Positions 16,404 through 27,201 of a stretch of 64,000 nt of DNA are shown piece by piece. Source of the stretch: Candidatus Kaiserbacteria bacterium (GTDB lineage: Bacteria > Patescibacteriota > Minisyncoccia > Phycocordibacterales > UBA2100); contig CP070993.1 of assembly GCA_017134395.1 (NCBI GenBank), forward strand, positions 526,199 to 590,198, given 5' to 3'. The notes beneath the pieces are model-generated. The model had not been told where the DNA came from, did not search any database, and saw only the letters and a program-made list of their open reading frames with translations. The first letter of the stretch is position 1; each line of letters begins with the position of its first letter. The position numbers were made by a program, and so were the translations under genes.

Positions 16404-17933
16404 TTAACGCGCAAACTCGATTGAGCGACTTTCACGGATAACGTTGATCTTCACTTCTCCTGGATAATTGAGTTCGTTCTCTATTTTTAGCGCGATATCT
16501 CGGGCTAGTGTCCGTGCTTCCGTGTCAGTAACTTCTTCTGGTTTCACAAAGATACGTACTTCACGCCCAGCGGATATAGCATAACTTTTATCAATACCTG
16601 GGAAGCTATTTGCAACAGCCTCAAGTTCTTCCAGTCGTTTTATGTAGTTTTCTACCGTATCACGTCGTGCTCCAGGGCGTCCAGCTGAGATAGCATCGGC
16701 AACTTGTACGATGTAGCTTTCAGGGTTTGAGTACGGATACTCTTCGTGATGCGCTTCCATTGCTTTTATAACTTCTGGGTCAACATTAAACTTGGCAAGA
16801 ATACGTCGTCCAATTTCTACGTGGGTACCGGTTACTTCATGGTCAACTGCCTTGCCAATATCGTGTAAAAGGGCACCGGCGCGTGCGACTTGTACATCTG
16901 CACCAACTTCTTCTGCGATGATAGCAGCAATATGTGCCATTTCAGTTGAGTGAATAAGTACGTTTTGCCCGTAACTTGTACGGAAATGTAGTCGTCCTAA
17001 TACAATAAGTAGTTTTGGATCAAGATTATGTACTCCTACTTCGTAGGCTGCTTCTTCACCACGTTTTTTGATGATGACGTTGATTTCTTCACGTGCTTTT
17101 TCAACAGTATCTTCAATTTTTGCAGGCTGAATACGTCCATCAATCATGAGATTTTCAAGAGCAACGCGAGCAACTTGCCGACGTATTGGATCGAATGATG
17201 AAATCGTGATAGCACCAGGTGTGTCATCAACAATAACGTCTACTCCAGTTGCTCGTTCAAATGCGCGGATGTTTCGTCCTTCCTTGCCAATGATTTTACC
17301 CTTAATTTCCTCATTAGGAAGCATAACCGTGGTTGAAAGCACGTCTGCTTGCAGGTTATTACCTACACGATGGATGGCTGTGGTGATAATATCTTGCGCT
17401 TTTCGTTCGTATTTTTCTATACCTTCCCGTTCCAGTTTTTGTAGACGAACATGTAAATCTTCCTCGTGAGTCGATTCAACTTGCTTTAACAATTCGCTTT
17501 TTGCTTCTTCTACTGAGAGTCCAGCAGTTTTTTGAAGAGCATCTTCCCGTTCAGCAAGCTTTTTTTCAGCTTCTTCACGTAATTCTTTTACGCGTTCAGC
17601 CTTCGTTTTCATTTCTTCGTGATCTTCATCGAGATCACCTTGCCGTTTATCAAGGAGTTCTTCTTTGCGAATAAGGCGATCTTCAGTTTTCTTAAGATCA
17701 CCTTCCTTTTCTTTTAATTCACCTGTACGTTCAGCGATTATTTTATCGGATTTTTTCTCCGCGTCTTCCGTGATGCGCTTGGCATCTTCTTTAGCCTCAA
17801 GCATCATTTGCTTGATTTGTAGCTCCATTGAGCCACGTTTACCGAGGGATACTATCCAACGTAGAAAGTATCCGAACCCAGTACCGAATGCTGCTGCGAG
17901 GAGCAACAGCATGAGTATTACTTTTAATGACAT
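16404..17933 (-). CDS. rny: Ribonuclease Y
   Basis: N-terminal TM, coiled coil, KH (KGKIIGKEGRNIR), HD (LLHDIGK), AISAGREVRI. Confidence 0.97.
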   Translation of the reverse strand: MSLKVILMLLLLAAAFGTGFGYFLRWIVSLGKRGSMELQIKQMMLEAKEDAKRITEDAEKKSDKIIAERTGELKEKEGDLKKTEDRLIRKEELLDKRQGDLDEDHEEMKTKAERVKELREEAEKKLAEREDALQKTAGLSVEEAKSELLKQVESTHEEDLHVRLQKLEREGIEKYERKAQDIITTAIHRVGNNLQADVLSTTVMLPNEEIKGKIIGKEGRNIRAFERATGVDVIVDDTPGAITISSFDPIRRQVARVALENLMIDGRIQPAKIEDTVEKAREEINVIIKKRGEEAAYEVGVHNLDPKLLIVLGRLHFRTSYGQNVLIHSTEMAHIAAIIAEEVGADVQVARAGALLHDIGKAVDHEVTGTHVEIGRRILAKFNVDPEVIKAMEAHHEEYPYSNPESYIVQVADAISAGRPGARRDTVENYIKRLEELEAVANSFPGIDKSYAISAGREVRIFVKPEEVTDTEARTLARDIALKIENELNYPGEVKINVIRESRSIEFAR

Positions 17934-18142
17934 ATGTTTTTATGCCCACTTATCTTACTTGTATGCTTTTTTGTTGGAGTGCTTCGGTTCTTGTAGAGAG
18001 GAATTACGGGAGGTTCACTTGCACAAAAGAGTCAAAACGCGTCAGAAAGCGGGGAAATTTACTGAAAATGATTAAATTACAACCAGTACGTATGAGAATA
18101 CCAGAAATTTGACAATACGCAAAAAGAAAAGCATATCGTACA

Positions 18143-18177
18143 TATAAAAACGGCGACCAAAGGTCGCCGTTTTTATA
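18143..18177 (-). terminator. clpP terminator
   Basis: TATAAAAACGGCGACC-AAA-GGTCGCCGTTTTTATA. Confidence 0.8.
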
Positions 18178-18191
18178 AGAGGTAAAGAAAC

Positions 18192-18794
18192 TTACGCAAG
18201 TACTTTATCGATTATCCCGTACTTCTTTGCTTCGTCTGCAGTCATAAAGAAGTCACGGTCGACGTCTTTATCAATTTGTGCAAGTTTTTGCCCAGTGTTT
18301 TTCGCAAGGATTTTATTTAGAGATTCACGAAGACGTAAAATGTGACGTGCGCTAATTTCAATGTCAGTTGCTTGTCCTTGTGCACCTCCCATTGGTTGGT
18401 GAATCATTACTTCTGAGTTTGGTAGCGCAAAACGTTTACCTTTCGCTCCGGCACTGAGTAATACTGATCCCATTGAAGCTGCCATTCCAACACAGATAGT
18501 CGAGACATCTGGCTTGATGTGTTTCATGGTGTCGAGAATAGCAAGTCCTGCACTTACATGACCTCCGGGAGAGTTTATGTAGAGTGCGATGTCTGCCTTC
18601 GGGTCTTCAGATTGCAGAAAAAGAAGTTGCGCAATAATTAAGTTGGCAACATGGTCGTCGATACCACCACCTAGAAAGATTATACGTTCCTTAAGTAGAC
18701 GAGAGTATATATCGTATGCACGTTCACCGTATTGGCCTTTCTCTATAACCATCGGTACGAGTTGTGCGCTTGGTGTGTTATTTTCATTGTTCAT
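18192..18794 (-). CDS. clpP: ATP-dependent Clp protease proteolytic subunit
   Basis: [33 protein letters not shown]. Confidence 0.98.
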   Translation of the reverse strand: MNNENNTPSAQLVPMVIEKGQYGERAYDIYSRLLKERIIFLGGGIDDHVANLIIAQLLFLQSEDPKADIALYINSPGGHVSAGLAILDTMKHIKPDVSTICVGMAASMGSVLLSAGAKGKRFALPNSEVMIHQPMGGAQGQATDIEISARHILRLRESLNKILAKNTGQKLAQIDKDVDRDFFMTADEAKKYGIIDKVLA

Positions 18795-18845
18795 ATTCGC
18801 GAAATATACCACGAGTCGGGCACAACTCAAACAAATACTCAATAA

Positions 18846-18876
18846 AGTAAACGCCTCAGTGACTGAGGCGTTTACT
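18846..18876 (-). terminator. tig terminator hairpin
   Basis: AGTAAACGCCTCAGT-G-ACTGAGGCGTTTACT. Confidence 0.7.
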
Positions 18877-18887
18877 ATTTCTGTGGC

Positions 18888-19973
18888 TTATTTACTGCTC
18901 CCAAAGGATTCAAAGTATTTGAATACCATTTCGTTGCGTTTTGTTGTTTCGGTGTAGATTCTAATGTTCTGTTCGTCTGCTTGTGGGTACGCCTGCTTTA
19001 TGTGATCGACTTCTTTTTGAACGTCTTCTTCATCTGGAGTTATTTTTTGTTCTTTAGAGATGGTATTTAGTATGAGCTGCAATTTTCCGCGTTTTTCTGC
19101 CTCAGGTTCCCAGTCCTTATGCAGTTCTTCAATAGTTTTACCAACGTTCTTTAGGTAATCTTCAAGTTTTGTTCCAGTTTGTGCAACTTCTGACTCCATC
19201 TGCATTTGAATACGTTGTATTTCTTGGTCAACCAACAGTTTTGGCAATTCTATCTTTGAATCAGCAATAATTTTCTCAACAGTTTCGATACGTTTCTTTT
19301 CGATTCCGCGAAGTTTCTTTTCTTCGAGGATGTTTTCCTTAACTTTTGCTTCGAAGTCTGCGACAGTTTTAAAGTCACCAAGTTTCTGTACAAATTCTTC
19401 GTTTAATTCAGGTAGGTCTTCATCTTTTATTTCTTCTGGAACTTTTGGTTGATCAGTACCGTCACTTTTTTGTTTTTCGTACGCATCTACCTGTGCTCGC
19501 TGGCGACGGATATGATTAAGAGTCTCCGTTAACTCTTTATCGGTAACTTCAAACTTTTCTTCCTTACTGAATATACTTTTAGCTATTTTTGTATAATCAG
19601 CGAGCTTAATCTCAGGCATAACGGCAGTAGTGGCAGTAAATTCAAGGGGGTTACCAACTGCTAGTTTTGTAATCTGTATTTGAGGAGAACCAATAGCATC
19701 TATTTTTTCTTCAACTACAATTTGAGGGTATACATCAGCAAGCGCCATGTTTGCGGCTTTCTCCATAACTTTACTGTCTCCAATGTGCCCTACAAGCATA
19801 TCTTCAGGTACATGACCCTTACGAAAACCAGGAACCTCTACGTTTGCGCCCAATTTCTTGAGGGCCTTCTTTCGATACTCTGCGATTACTTCAGCGGGTA
19901 CGGTAGCTGATATTTCATATTCAGAGCCGTCTAATTTTTTAGTTTTTACATCTGTATATTGTGTGTTTGTCAT
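18888..19973 (-). CDS. tig: Trigger factor (PPIase domain largely absent)
   Basis: VPGFRKGHVP ribosome-binding loop; tig-clpP synteny; about 360 aa. Confidence 0.93.
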   Translation of the reverse strand: MTNTQYTDVKTKKLDGSEYEISATVPAEVIAEYRKKALKKLGANVEVPGFRKGHVPEDMLVGHIGDSKVMEKAANMALADVYPQIVVEEKIDAIGSPQIQITKLAVGNPLEFTATTAVMPEIKLADYTKIAKSIFSKEEKFEVTDKELTETLNHIRRQRAQVDAYEKQKSDGTDQPKVPEEIKDEDLPELNEEFVQKLGDFKTVADFEAKVKENILEEKKLRGIEKKRIETVEKIIADSKIELPKLLVDQEIQRIQMQMESEVAQTGTKLEDYLKNVGKTIEELHKDWEPEAEKRGKLQLILNTISKEQKITPDEEDVQKEVDHIKQAYPQADEQNIRIYTETTKRNEMVFKYFESFGSSK

Positions 19974-20007
19974 GCGCGTGAGTGTATCAGCTGTTAAACG
20001 ACAATGC

Positions 20008-20075
20008 AAAACCGCCCAGTCGTAGTTTTGGTCGATAGAAATCTCTATTTCTCAAAACTACGACTGGGCGGTTTT
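20008..20075. terminator. Long inverted repeat (23-bp perfect arms), terminator-like
   Basis: AAAACCGCCCAGTCGTAGTTTTG ... CAAAACTACGACTGGGCGGTTTT. Confidence 0.7.
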
Positions 20076-20099
20076 TACCTCACTCAGATACTCTTATAT

Positions 20100-20453
20100 C
20101 TAGAGTTCTAACTCGAGTGATTCGAGATCAGCTTCGAGTTGCGCTTCGAATGCAGCGGTATCAAATGTACCTAAATCATTCTCAATTTGCACTGGTTCGT
20201 CGCTTGGTGCCGCTATATCTTCATTAAGGTTCTCTTCAAGAATTGCATCTTCGTTGGGTGCAGTATCTATACCTCTAAGAGAATCCCAGAAGTACAAACC
20301 GCCAAATACAAGGAGGATAACGATTATGATGATACCTACAAGAGGGCCAGTGCCACCTGATTTACCAGGTGTTTCTGTAACTGGCACATCTGTTTGCACT
20401 GGTTGTTCGGTTGGCTTCTGTGCTGGGGGAGTGTTGTTGTATTGTTCTTCCAT
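20100..20453 (-). CDS. Small single-pass membrane protein with acidic tail
   Basis: GPLVGIIIIVILLVFGGLYFW TM segment. Confidence 0.75.
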   Translation of the reverse strand: MEEQYNNTPPAQKPTEQPVQTDVPVTETPGKSGGTGPLVGIIIIVILLVFGGLYFWDSLRGIDTAPNEDAILEENLNEDIAAPSDEPVQIENDLGTFDTAAFEAQLEADLESLELEL

Positions 20454-20474
20454 ACGTTACGTTTATTAGAGTGA

Positions 20475-21419
20475 TTATTCAGTTTCGTCTGAATCATCAG
20501 CTGGGTTAGTAATGTCTTTTATTGCTCGTGTAGCATCTTTAAGTGCACTGTGCGCTTCTTTTACCAATTCTGTTGCACCACGCACTGCTTCCTTCATTGA
20601 ATCGAGGTGGTCCCGTGGAGTATCTGACTCAAGTGCCTCGGTAAATATAGTTCGAGCATTAGCTACTGCACTCGATGCTTCGCTAATTGCTTGCTCTGCT
20701 TCTACAGCGGCAGTCGTTGCAAATGCCGTATCAACTCCATCTGCATCTAGTTGTGCAAGTTTGTTGTGTATACGGTCTAGGATGCCGGTAAAACTATCCA
20801 GTGCCCCCCCAAGGCGTCCGAGGATGCCTTCTAGTTGACCTTTGATTCGGTTTCCAGCTTCACTTTTAATCTCGGCCTTTAATTCGCCACGTTGTTCGCG
20901 GATTTCTTCACGGAGATTTGCTGCACGTCCACGGAATTCGTCTCGTTTTTGTAATGCCTCTTCTCGCATTGTCTCTCGTTCTGCGCGCGCTGCTTCCAAT
21001 ATTGTTTGTCGTTCCTCTGGTGTATCAGCTGCATCAAGCGCTTCTTTTATTTCGCTTTTGCGTGCCTCGAATTCTTCTTTCGCACCATCTCGCATTTCTT
21101 TGCCTTCATTAGTAAGTTCTTTACGCGTTTCAATAACGCGATTTTGAAATGCGTCTCTCTTTTCCTCAATTATATTGCGTATATCCTCGTTCTCTTCTTT
21201 TACTTCCTCCCTGTTTGCACGAAACGCTTCTCGTGCCTCTTTGGTGTCAGCTTGTAGTGATCTGAATGGAATGGGTTTTCCATCTGGGCTATTTATTCTA
21301 TCTGTTGCAGGAGCAGGGAAAGCCTCTTGCGCCGAAACAACTTGTACACCAGCAACAAATGCCAATGTAACAATTATTGCAAGCGTAACAGCAACCGATA
21401 ATGAATGAGTGTTTGTCAT
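20475..21419 (-). CDS. Secreted coiled-coil protein
   Basis: Signal peptide (VSA-QE), E/R/A-rich helical body. Confidence 0.75.
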   Translation of the reverse strand: MTNTHSLSVAVTLAIIVTLAFVAGVQVVSAQEAFPAPATDRINSPDGKPIPFRSLQADTKEAREAFRANREEVKEENEDIRNIIEEKRDAFQNRVIETRKELTNEGKEMRDGAKEEFEARKSEIKEALDAADTPEERQTILEAARAERETMREEALQKRDEFRGRAANLREEIREQRGELKAEIKSEAGNRIKGQLEGILGRLGGALDSFTGILDRIHNKLAQLDADGVDTAFATTAAVEAEQAISEASSAVANARTIFTEALESDTPRDHLDSMKEAVRGATELVKEAHSALKDATRAIKDITNPADDSDETE

Positions 21420-21491
21420 AAGATGTATATATTAATAATTTGTAACGTACAGAAAATATGCGACGGGAGCCGCTTTTCTTACTGTATATGG

Positions 21492-21528
21492 TAACACCCC
21501 CTGCTCGCGTAGCGAGCAGGGGGTGTTA
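21492..21528 (-). terminator. ppa terminator hairpin
   Basis: TAACACCCCCTGCTCGC-GTA-GCGAGCAGGGGGTGTTA. Confidence 0.7.
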
Positions 21529-21558
21529 ATTGAGCTTTGATAAGCGTTTTATTGTTAT

Positions 21559-22089
21559 CTACTTCTCAAACTTCTCTTTATAGAGAGCAATTCCTTCAGT
21601 AATTGCTTTTTTCGCGGCTTTCGCTCCTTCAATACCGTTCACTTCTACCTCTTTATCTTGGAGTTTCTTGTATGTTCCAAAAAAGTGTTCGATTTCTTTC
21701 AAGGTATGTGGATTAACGTCAGCTTTGTCTTGCACGGCGTCCCAGCGCGGGTCTTCTGTTGGCACTGCGATAACTTTGTCATCGTTGTCACCACCATCAA
21801 TCATCTTCAGGAGTGCTACTGGCCGTACGCGAGCTAATATTCCCGGGTATAGAGGATGTGTTGTAAGGACGATAACGTCAAGTGCATCGTCGTCGTGCCA
21901 ATATGTTTGCGGTACGAACCCGTAATCAAATGGGTAGTCTTGTGCTGTGTGCATGACTCGATCGAGTGCAATCATGCCTGTCTCTTTGTCGATTTCGTAC
22001 TTATTTTTTGAACCGCGGTTGATCTCAATAATAACGTTTGCTTCATTAGGAGTGTTTTCACCTGCGGATACATCGTGCTGAAGGTTCAT
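21559..22089 (-). CDS. ppa: Inorganic pyrophosphatase (family I)
   Basis: KYEIDK, YPFDYGFVPQT, DDDALDV, DDKVIAV. Confidence 0.97.
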   Translation of the reverse strand: MNLQHDVSAGENTPNEANVIIEINRGSKNKYEIDKETGMIALDRVMHTAQDYPFDYGFVPQTYWHDDDALDVIVLTTHPLYPGILARVRPVALLKMIDGGDNDDKVIAVPTEDPRWDAVQDKADVNPHTLKEIEHFFGTYKKLQDKEVEVNGIEGAKAAKKAITEGIALYKEKFEK

Positions 22090-22138
22090 AGTAGTAGTTT
22101 AGTTAGTTTTGTTAAAGATATTTACTAGAATAACGTAC

Positions 22139-23455
22139 TTATTCCTTTCCTGCTTCCTTTTCTGTGTCAGTATCTGCTTCTTCGTTTACTTCTTCTGTTT
22201 CGTCTTCTGGAGCTTCTTTTTTCTCCTCCTGTTCCTCAACTGCCTCTTCCTTGTGATTTTCAACTTCTTCCACTGCTTCTTTTGTTTCGGCTGGGGCTGG
22301 TATTTCAACTTCTCCGTCCTCATCAGTTTCAGCGAGTGCTTCTCCTTTGGCTGATTTAATATCAATACCCCAACCAGTAAGTTTAGCGGCAAGACGTACG
22401 TTTTGCCCACCACGACCGATTGCAAGTGATTGCTGGTCCTCGGTTACTTCAACAGCAGCACGTTTCTCTTCTTCAGAAATCTCTACTGAAAGAATTTCTG
22501 CTGGTGAGAGTGCGCGCTCGATAAATTCACGCGTGTCTTCTGCCCATTCAATGATGTCTATTTTTTCTCCGCCGAGTTCACTTGTTACGGTAGAAACACG
22601 CACTCCTCTTTGTCCAACAAGTGAACCAACAGGATCAATGTGATCATCGTGCGTTACTACGGCAATCTTAGAGCGAGAACCAGCTTCACGTGCAACTTCT
22701 TTTATTTCTATTGTTCCATTTGCAAGTTCTGGAGACTCAAGTTCGAATAAACGTACTAAGAACTGCGGGTGGGAACGTGACAACTTTAAGAATGTCCCGC
22801 GAGGGCTTTCATCTACTTTGTATAAAAGAGCGCGAATCCGCTCACCTTGACGGTATCGCTCACCGGGGATTTGTTCTTCGTACGGTAAGATGCCAGTTGC
22901 GCGCCCGAGGTCTACATAGAGGTTTCCACGTTCAAATCGTTGTACGTGTCCTGAAACTACCTGACCTTCATGTTCACCAAACTCTTCTATAATAGATACT
23001 TTTTCAGCTTCACGAATCTTCTGCATAATGACCTGCTTAGCTGTTTGTGCTGCAATGCGGCCAAAGTCTTCTTGTGCTTCAAGAGGGAAATCTACTTCGT
23101 CATCAAGTTCAACTCCTTTCTTAATGAGGCGAGCATCTTCAATCATGATGTGATGTTCTGGATTGAAACGAGTTCGGTCGTCGTCTGCCGCCACTTCTTC
23201 TGGCTCTTCTCCCTCCACATCTTCTGGGCGAACAAGCGTTTCGTCTACGACGATCTTTATCTGCTTAAATTCCACATCTCCAACTTCAGTGTTGAATGCA
23301 GCACGAATAATCTGACCACGTTTTCCGTACTCTTTTTTATATGCCGCCGCAAGAGCCATCTCGATAGCGCTAATGACCTTCTCGCGTGGAATGCCTCGGT
23401 CTTCTTCTAGCTCACCAAGGACTGAATTAATTACTTTTAAATCAAATAAACTCAT
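22139..23455 (-). CDS. nusa: Transcription termination factor NusA with acidic tail
   Basis: FGRIAAQTAKQVI, AREAGSRSKIAV, SLAIGRGGQNVRLAAKLTGW. Confidence 0.97.
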   Translation of the reverse strand: MSLFDLKVINSVLGELEEDRGIPREKVISAIEMALAAAYKKEYGKRGQIIRAAFNTEVGDVEFKQIKIVVDETLVRPEDVEGEEPEEVAADDDRTRFNPEHHIMIEDARLIKKGVELDDEVDFPLEAQEDFGRIAAQTAKQVIMQKIREAEKVSIIEEFGEHEGQVVSGHVQRFERGNLYVDLGRATGILPYEEQIPGERYRQGERIRALLYKVDESPRGTFLKLSRSHPQFLVRLFELESPELANGTIEIKEVAREAGSRSKIAVVTHDDHIDPVGSLVGQRGVRVSTVTSELGGEKIDIIEWAEDTREFIERALSPAEILSVEISEEEKRAAVEVTEDQQSLAIGRGGQNVRLAAKLTGWGIDIKSAKGEALAETDEDGEVEIPAPAETKEAVEEVENHKEEAVEEQEEKKEAPEDETEEVNEEADTDTEKEAGKE

Positions 23456-23676
23456 AGTTTTTTAGGTTACCACACTGATTTTTGTAAAAAGAAAGACCGG
23501 CACAAGCCGGACTATTCATAAACAGTATGTGCTACGCAGTATACCTACTGCTTGTAATCAAGTCAATACTACTGAGGTCTTGCATAAAGGTGCTTCTACA
23601 CAGTAAAAAAGGGCTTTAAATGCGGCATTTGGTATACTTACATACAAGAGGGTGCAGTAAGCACTCGTGTTATCAC

Positions 23677-25422
23677 ATGTACATTAATGACGAACAACTT
23701 CGTGAATTTTTAAGCGACTCAGGACTTGTTTCGCAGAAAAAATTCGATAACGCTGTAAAAACAGCGACAGAAAAAAGCATTACGGTGAGTGAAGTGTTGG
23801 TTTCAGAAGGAGAGATTTCTGAAGACGATTTGCGACGCTCGCACGCGTACGTACTTGGTATTCCTTTTGTTAATTTGTCTGATTCAAAACCAGATCTTAA
23901 TACTCTGGCTCTTATTCCAGAACCTATTGCGCGACGTAATAATATTGTTGCGTTTAGGCAAGAAGAGAACAATTTGGAAGTTGCCATGCTTGATACGGAT
24001 GATTTGGCAGCGATTGATTTCGTAAAGAAGAAGACGCAGCTTAAGATTCTGCCGCGACTTACTGACGCTGCATCAATTAAACAGATGCTTCGCTTGTACC
24101 AAAAGACACTTCGCGACGAATTGGGAGATGTAATTACGCGTGAATCACAAACGCTTGAAAAGTTTGGAAAATTACAACCAGAGAACGAAAAGGATTTACG
24201 AAAACTTGCAGAAGGAGTTCCTGCTGTACGAGTGCTTGATTCATTACTGCGCCACGCAATTGTACAAAATGCATCTGACATACATATAGAGCCACAAGAA
24301 GACGCGCTGTTAGTTCGCTATCGTATTGATGGAATTTTGCATGACGCTATGTCACTGCCAAGTAGTGCCACTGCTTCGATTACTGCACGTGTAAAAATTT
24401 TGGCCAACTTACGGTTGGATGAAAAAAGACTCCCTCAAGATGGGCGGTTCAGAATGGAGACAGATGGCGATAGGGTGTCATTCCGTGTTTCAGTGCTACC
24501 GACGTATCATGGAGAAAAAACAGTTATGCGATTGTTGCGCGAAGACGTTTCTGGATTCACATTAGAATCTCTTGGCTTTCATGGTGAGGGGCTTGAACGC
24601 TCACATGATGCTACTAGAAAGAAAACTGGGTTGATTCTTGTTACAGGCCCAACCGGTTCTGGTAAGTCAACAACTCTCTATACTATGTTGGATATTTTAA
24701 ATACTGCAGACGTCAATATTTCAACAGTTGAAGATCCGATTGAGTATCAGATGAAGCGCATAAACCAAACACAAGTTCGACCAGACATTGGATTCACATT
24801 CTCTACAGGGCTTCGGTCACTCGTCCGGCAAGACCCTGATATTATTATGGTTGGTGAAATTCGAGACCGCGAAACTGCGGCGTTAGCCATTAATGCAGCA
24901 CTTACTGGCCACCTTGTGCTTTCAACGCTTCACACCAATTCAGCAGCTGGCGCAGTGCCACGTCTTATTGATATGGGGGTAGAGCCTTTTTTACTTGCAT
25001 CAACATTGCAAGTAGTTATTGGCCAACGACTTGTTCGTACACTGTGTAACGATAGAGAAGAATACAAACTATCCGCCGCCGAAATTAGGGGTCTGGAAGA
25101 GATGGCCGACTTAGGGGCCGTACTGAAGGCATTAAAAGAAGAAGACATTGTTTCCCAAAAAAGTACATTTAAAAATGTTTCTCTTTCAAAAGAAAAGCCA
25201 ACAAAAGAATGTGAGACGGGTTACAGTGGACGAAAGGGAATTCAAGAAGTACTGCCGGTGACAGAAGGAATTAAAAAAATGATTCTTTCAGGGTCTTCAG
25301 CTGATGCTATTGAAGATCAGGCACGAAAAGAGGGGATGCTTACCATGCTTGAGGATGGTATTTACAAAAGCGCATCAGGAACGACGAGTCTTGCCGAAGT
25401 ACTTCGTGTGGTAAGTGAATAA
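23677..25422 (+). CDS. pilB: Type IV pilus / T2SS assembly ATPase (PilB/GspE)
   Basis: ASDIHIEP, RLPQDGR, GPTGSGKSTT, EDPIEY, RQDPDIIMVGEIRD, TGHLVLSTLHTN. Confidence 0.95.
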   Translation: MYINDEQLREFLSDSGLVSQKKFDNAVKTATEKSITVSEVLVSEGEISEDDLRRSHAYVLGIPFVNLSDSKPDLNTLALIPEPIARRNNIVAFRQEENNLEVAMLDTDDLAAIDFVKKKTQLKILPRLTDAASIKQMLRLYQKTLRDELGDVITRESQTLEKFGKLQPENEKDLRKLAEGVPAVRVLDSLLRHAIVQNASDIHIEPQEDALLVRYRIDGILHDAMSLPSSATASITARVKILANLRLDEKRLPQDGRFRMETDGDRVSFRVSVLPTYHGEKTVMRLLREDVSGFTLESLGFHGEGLERSHDATRKKTGLILVTGPTGSGKSTTLYTMLDILNTADVNISTVEDPIEYQMKRINQTQVRPDIGFTFSTGLRSLVRQDPDIIMVGEIRDRETAALAINAALTGHLVLSTLHTNSAAGAVPRLIDMGVEPFLLASTLQVVIGQRLVRTLCNDREEYKLSAAEIRGLEEMADLGAVLKALKEEDIVSQKSTFKNVSLSKEKPTKECETGYSGRKGIQEVLPVTEGIKKMILSGSSADAIEDQARKEGMLTMLEDGIYKSASGTTSLAEVLRVVSE

Positions 25423-25425
25423 TAT

Positions 25426-26634
25426 ATGAAGTTCACCTACAAAGCAGAACGAGATGGGGAGACGTACACTGACACTATTGAAGCAACTGATAGGTTTGAG
25501 GTGTATAGACATGTGAGAGCAGAGGGGGGAACGGTGATTTCGGTTACCTCGGAAGCACAAAACAACTGGAGTCTTACGTATTGGAATTCTAAATTTTCGA
25601 CAGTAAAAGAGCACGACAAAATTGTGTTCGCATCAAACCTTGCAGCCATGATTTCAGCCGGACTTCCGATATCGCGTGCGCTTTCAGTTGCAGAGAGACA
25701 GGCAAAAAACCCCAAACTAAAAAGCGTTATCTTGCATGTGCGTGGGGATATTCAAAAGGGCGGCACGTTTCATGAGGCGCTTGGTAGATTTCCTAATATA
25801 TTTTCTAAATTATTTGTCGCAATGGTTCGCGCAGGTGAAGAGTCAGGAACACTCGATGAGGCACTTACGACAGTTGGAAACCAACTTCAACGCTCATACG
25901 AACTGAAGAAAAAAATTAAAGGAGCACTTATTTATCCAAGTATTATTGTAGTGGCTATTGTTGGTATTGGTTTTCTGATGATGACTGAAGTAGTACCAAC
26001 ACTTTCGAAGACATTTACAGAATTAGGAGCTGATCTCCCCAAGGCAACGCAGGCGATTATTAATGTGAGTGATTTTTTGGTGAATTACACACTCCTTGTA
26101 CTACTTGGCGTTTTGGGTTCTGTTGCAGGGGTATATGGAATTTTACGAACAGCTGGTGGTCAGCGTGGCAGAGATAAGATTCTCCTAACGACTCCTTTAA
26201 TTGGTGAGCTTGTGAAAGAAATTAATGCAGCACGAACTGCACGGACATTTGCTTCGCTCCTAGCGGCTGGGGTAGATATTCTTACTGCACTTCAAATTAC
26301 TGGCGAAGTTGTACAAAACCACTATCACAAAGATGTGCTTAAAGCAGCAGCAGAAAAAGTTCAAAAGGGAGGGCAGCTTTCGGATACATTTATGAAACGA
26401 GAAGATCTCTACCCGCCGCTTATGGGTGAGATGATAGCAGTAGGTGAAGAGACAGGTGCACTTGCTGACATGCTTTTACGTGTAGCTACTTTTTACGAAG
26501 GCGAGGTTGAACAAAAAACAAAAAATATGTCGACAATTATTGAACCATTTCTCATGTTAATCATTGGTGTGACTGTCGGGTTCTTCGCAGTTGCGATGAT
26601 AGGACCTATTTACTCTCTCTCTGAGGCTTTCTAA
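25426..26634 (+). CDS. pilC: Type IV pilus platform protein (PilC/GspF)
   Basis: AGEESGTL, ALIYP, VGEETGAL, IIEP. Confidence 0.95.
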   Translation: MKFTYKAERDGETYTDTIEATDRFEVYRHVRAEGGTVISVTSEAQNNWSLTYWNSKFSTVKEHDKIVFASNLAAMISAGLPISRALSVAERQAKNPKLKSVILHVRGDIQKGGTFHEALGRFPNIFSKLFVAMVRAGEESGTLDEALTTVGNQLQRSYELKKKIKGALIYPSIIVVAIVGIGFLMMTEVVPTLSKTFTELGADLPKATQAIINVSDFLVNYTLLVLLGVLGSVAGVYGILRTAGGQRGRDKILLTTPLIGELVKEINAARTARTFASLLAAGVDILTALQITGEVVQNHYHKDVLKAAAEKVQKGGQLSDTFMKREDLYPPLMGEMIAVGEETGALADMLLRVATFYEGEVEQKTKNMSTIIEPFLMLIIGVTVGFFAVAMIGPIYSLSEAF

Positions 26635-26657
26635 CCCAAAAAATAATATTGATTGGT

Positions 26658-26681
26658 AACATACTGATGCATCAGTATGTT
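26658..26681. promoter_or_regulatory. Perfect 24-bp palindrome, operator-like copy 1
   Basis: AACATACTGATGCATCAGTATGTT upstream of the minor pilin genes. Confidence 0.7.
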
Positions 26682-26738
26682 TGAGTTCTCAGCAACGAGT
26701 GTACACGTGTATTCAACAGTACGGTACAATACTAAGTA

Positions 26739-27200
26739 ATGAAGTCGAATGTTCTTTATATACGAGGGGTAGGACTGCTAGAGATTGTAGTAGGAGTATC
26801 ACTCCTTACCACGGTTTTTGTAGGAATGTTTGGCGTGTTACAGCTCGGAACTCGGCTTGCGACAGATAATAAATCTCGTACCGGAGCACTCGCACTTGCG
26901 ATTGAGAGAATGGAATACATACGTAGCCTCGATTACGATGATATCGGGACGGTTGGTGGAGACCCTTCAGGTGCCCTCTTGGTGAGTGTACCAATTACAC
27001 TGAATAACATTGCGTACACACAACGCACGTATATTGTATATGTAGATGATCCCAAAGATGGTTCCGGTGGCTCAGATTCAAATGGTATAACCGATGACTA
27101 CAAGAGGGTAAAAGTTGAGGTGTCATGGGTGGGTCCAAAAAATAATGTACGAGAGACTACGTTAGTGAGTGATATTTCATCGCTATTAATAGAATCATAG
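26739..27200 (+). CDS. Minor pilin, PilV-like
   Basis: Prepilin site RG^VGLLE plus hydrophobic helix; KRVKVEVSW. Confidence 0.85.
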   Translation: MKSNVLYIRGVGLLEIVVGVSLLTTVFVGMFGVLQLGTRLATDNKSRTGALALAIERMEYIRSLDYDDIGTVGGDPSGALLVSVPITLNNIAYTQRTYIVYVDDPKDGSGGSDSNGITDDYKRVKVEVSWVGPKNNVRETTLVSDISSLLIES

Positions 27201-27201
27201 T

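Noticed and set aside
17934-18110. 6S RNA upstream of rny
   Set aside because: The long leader shows no end-to-end rod pairing that I could find.
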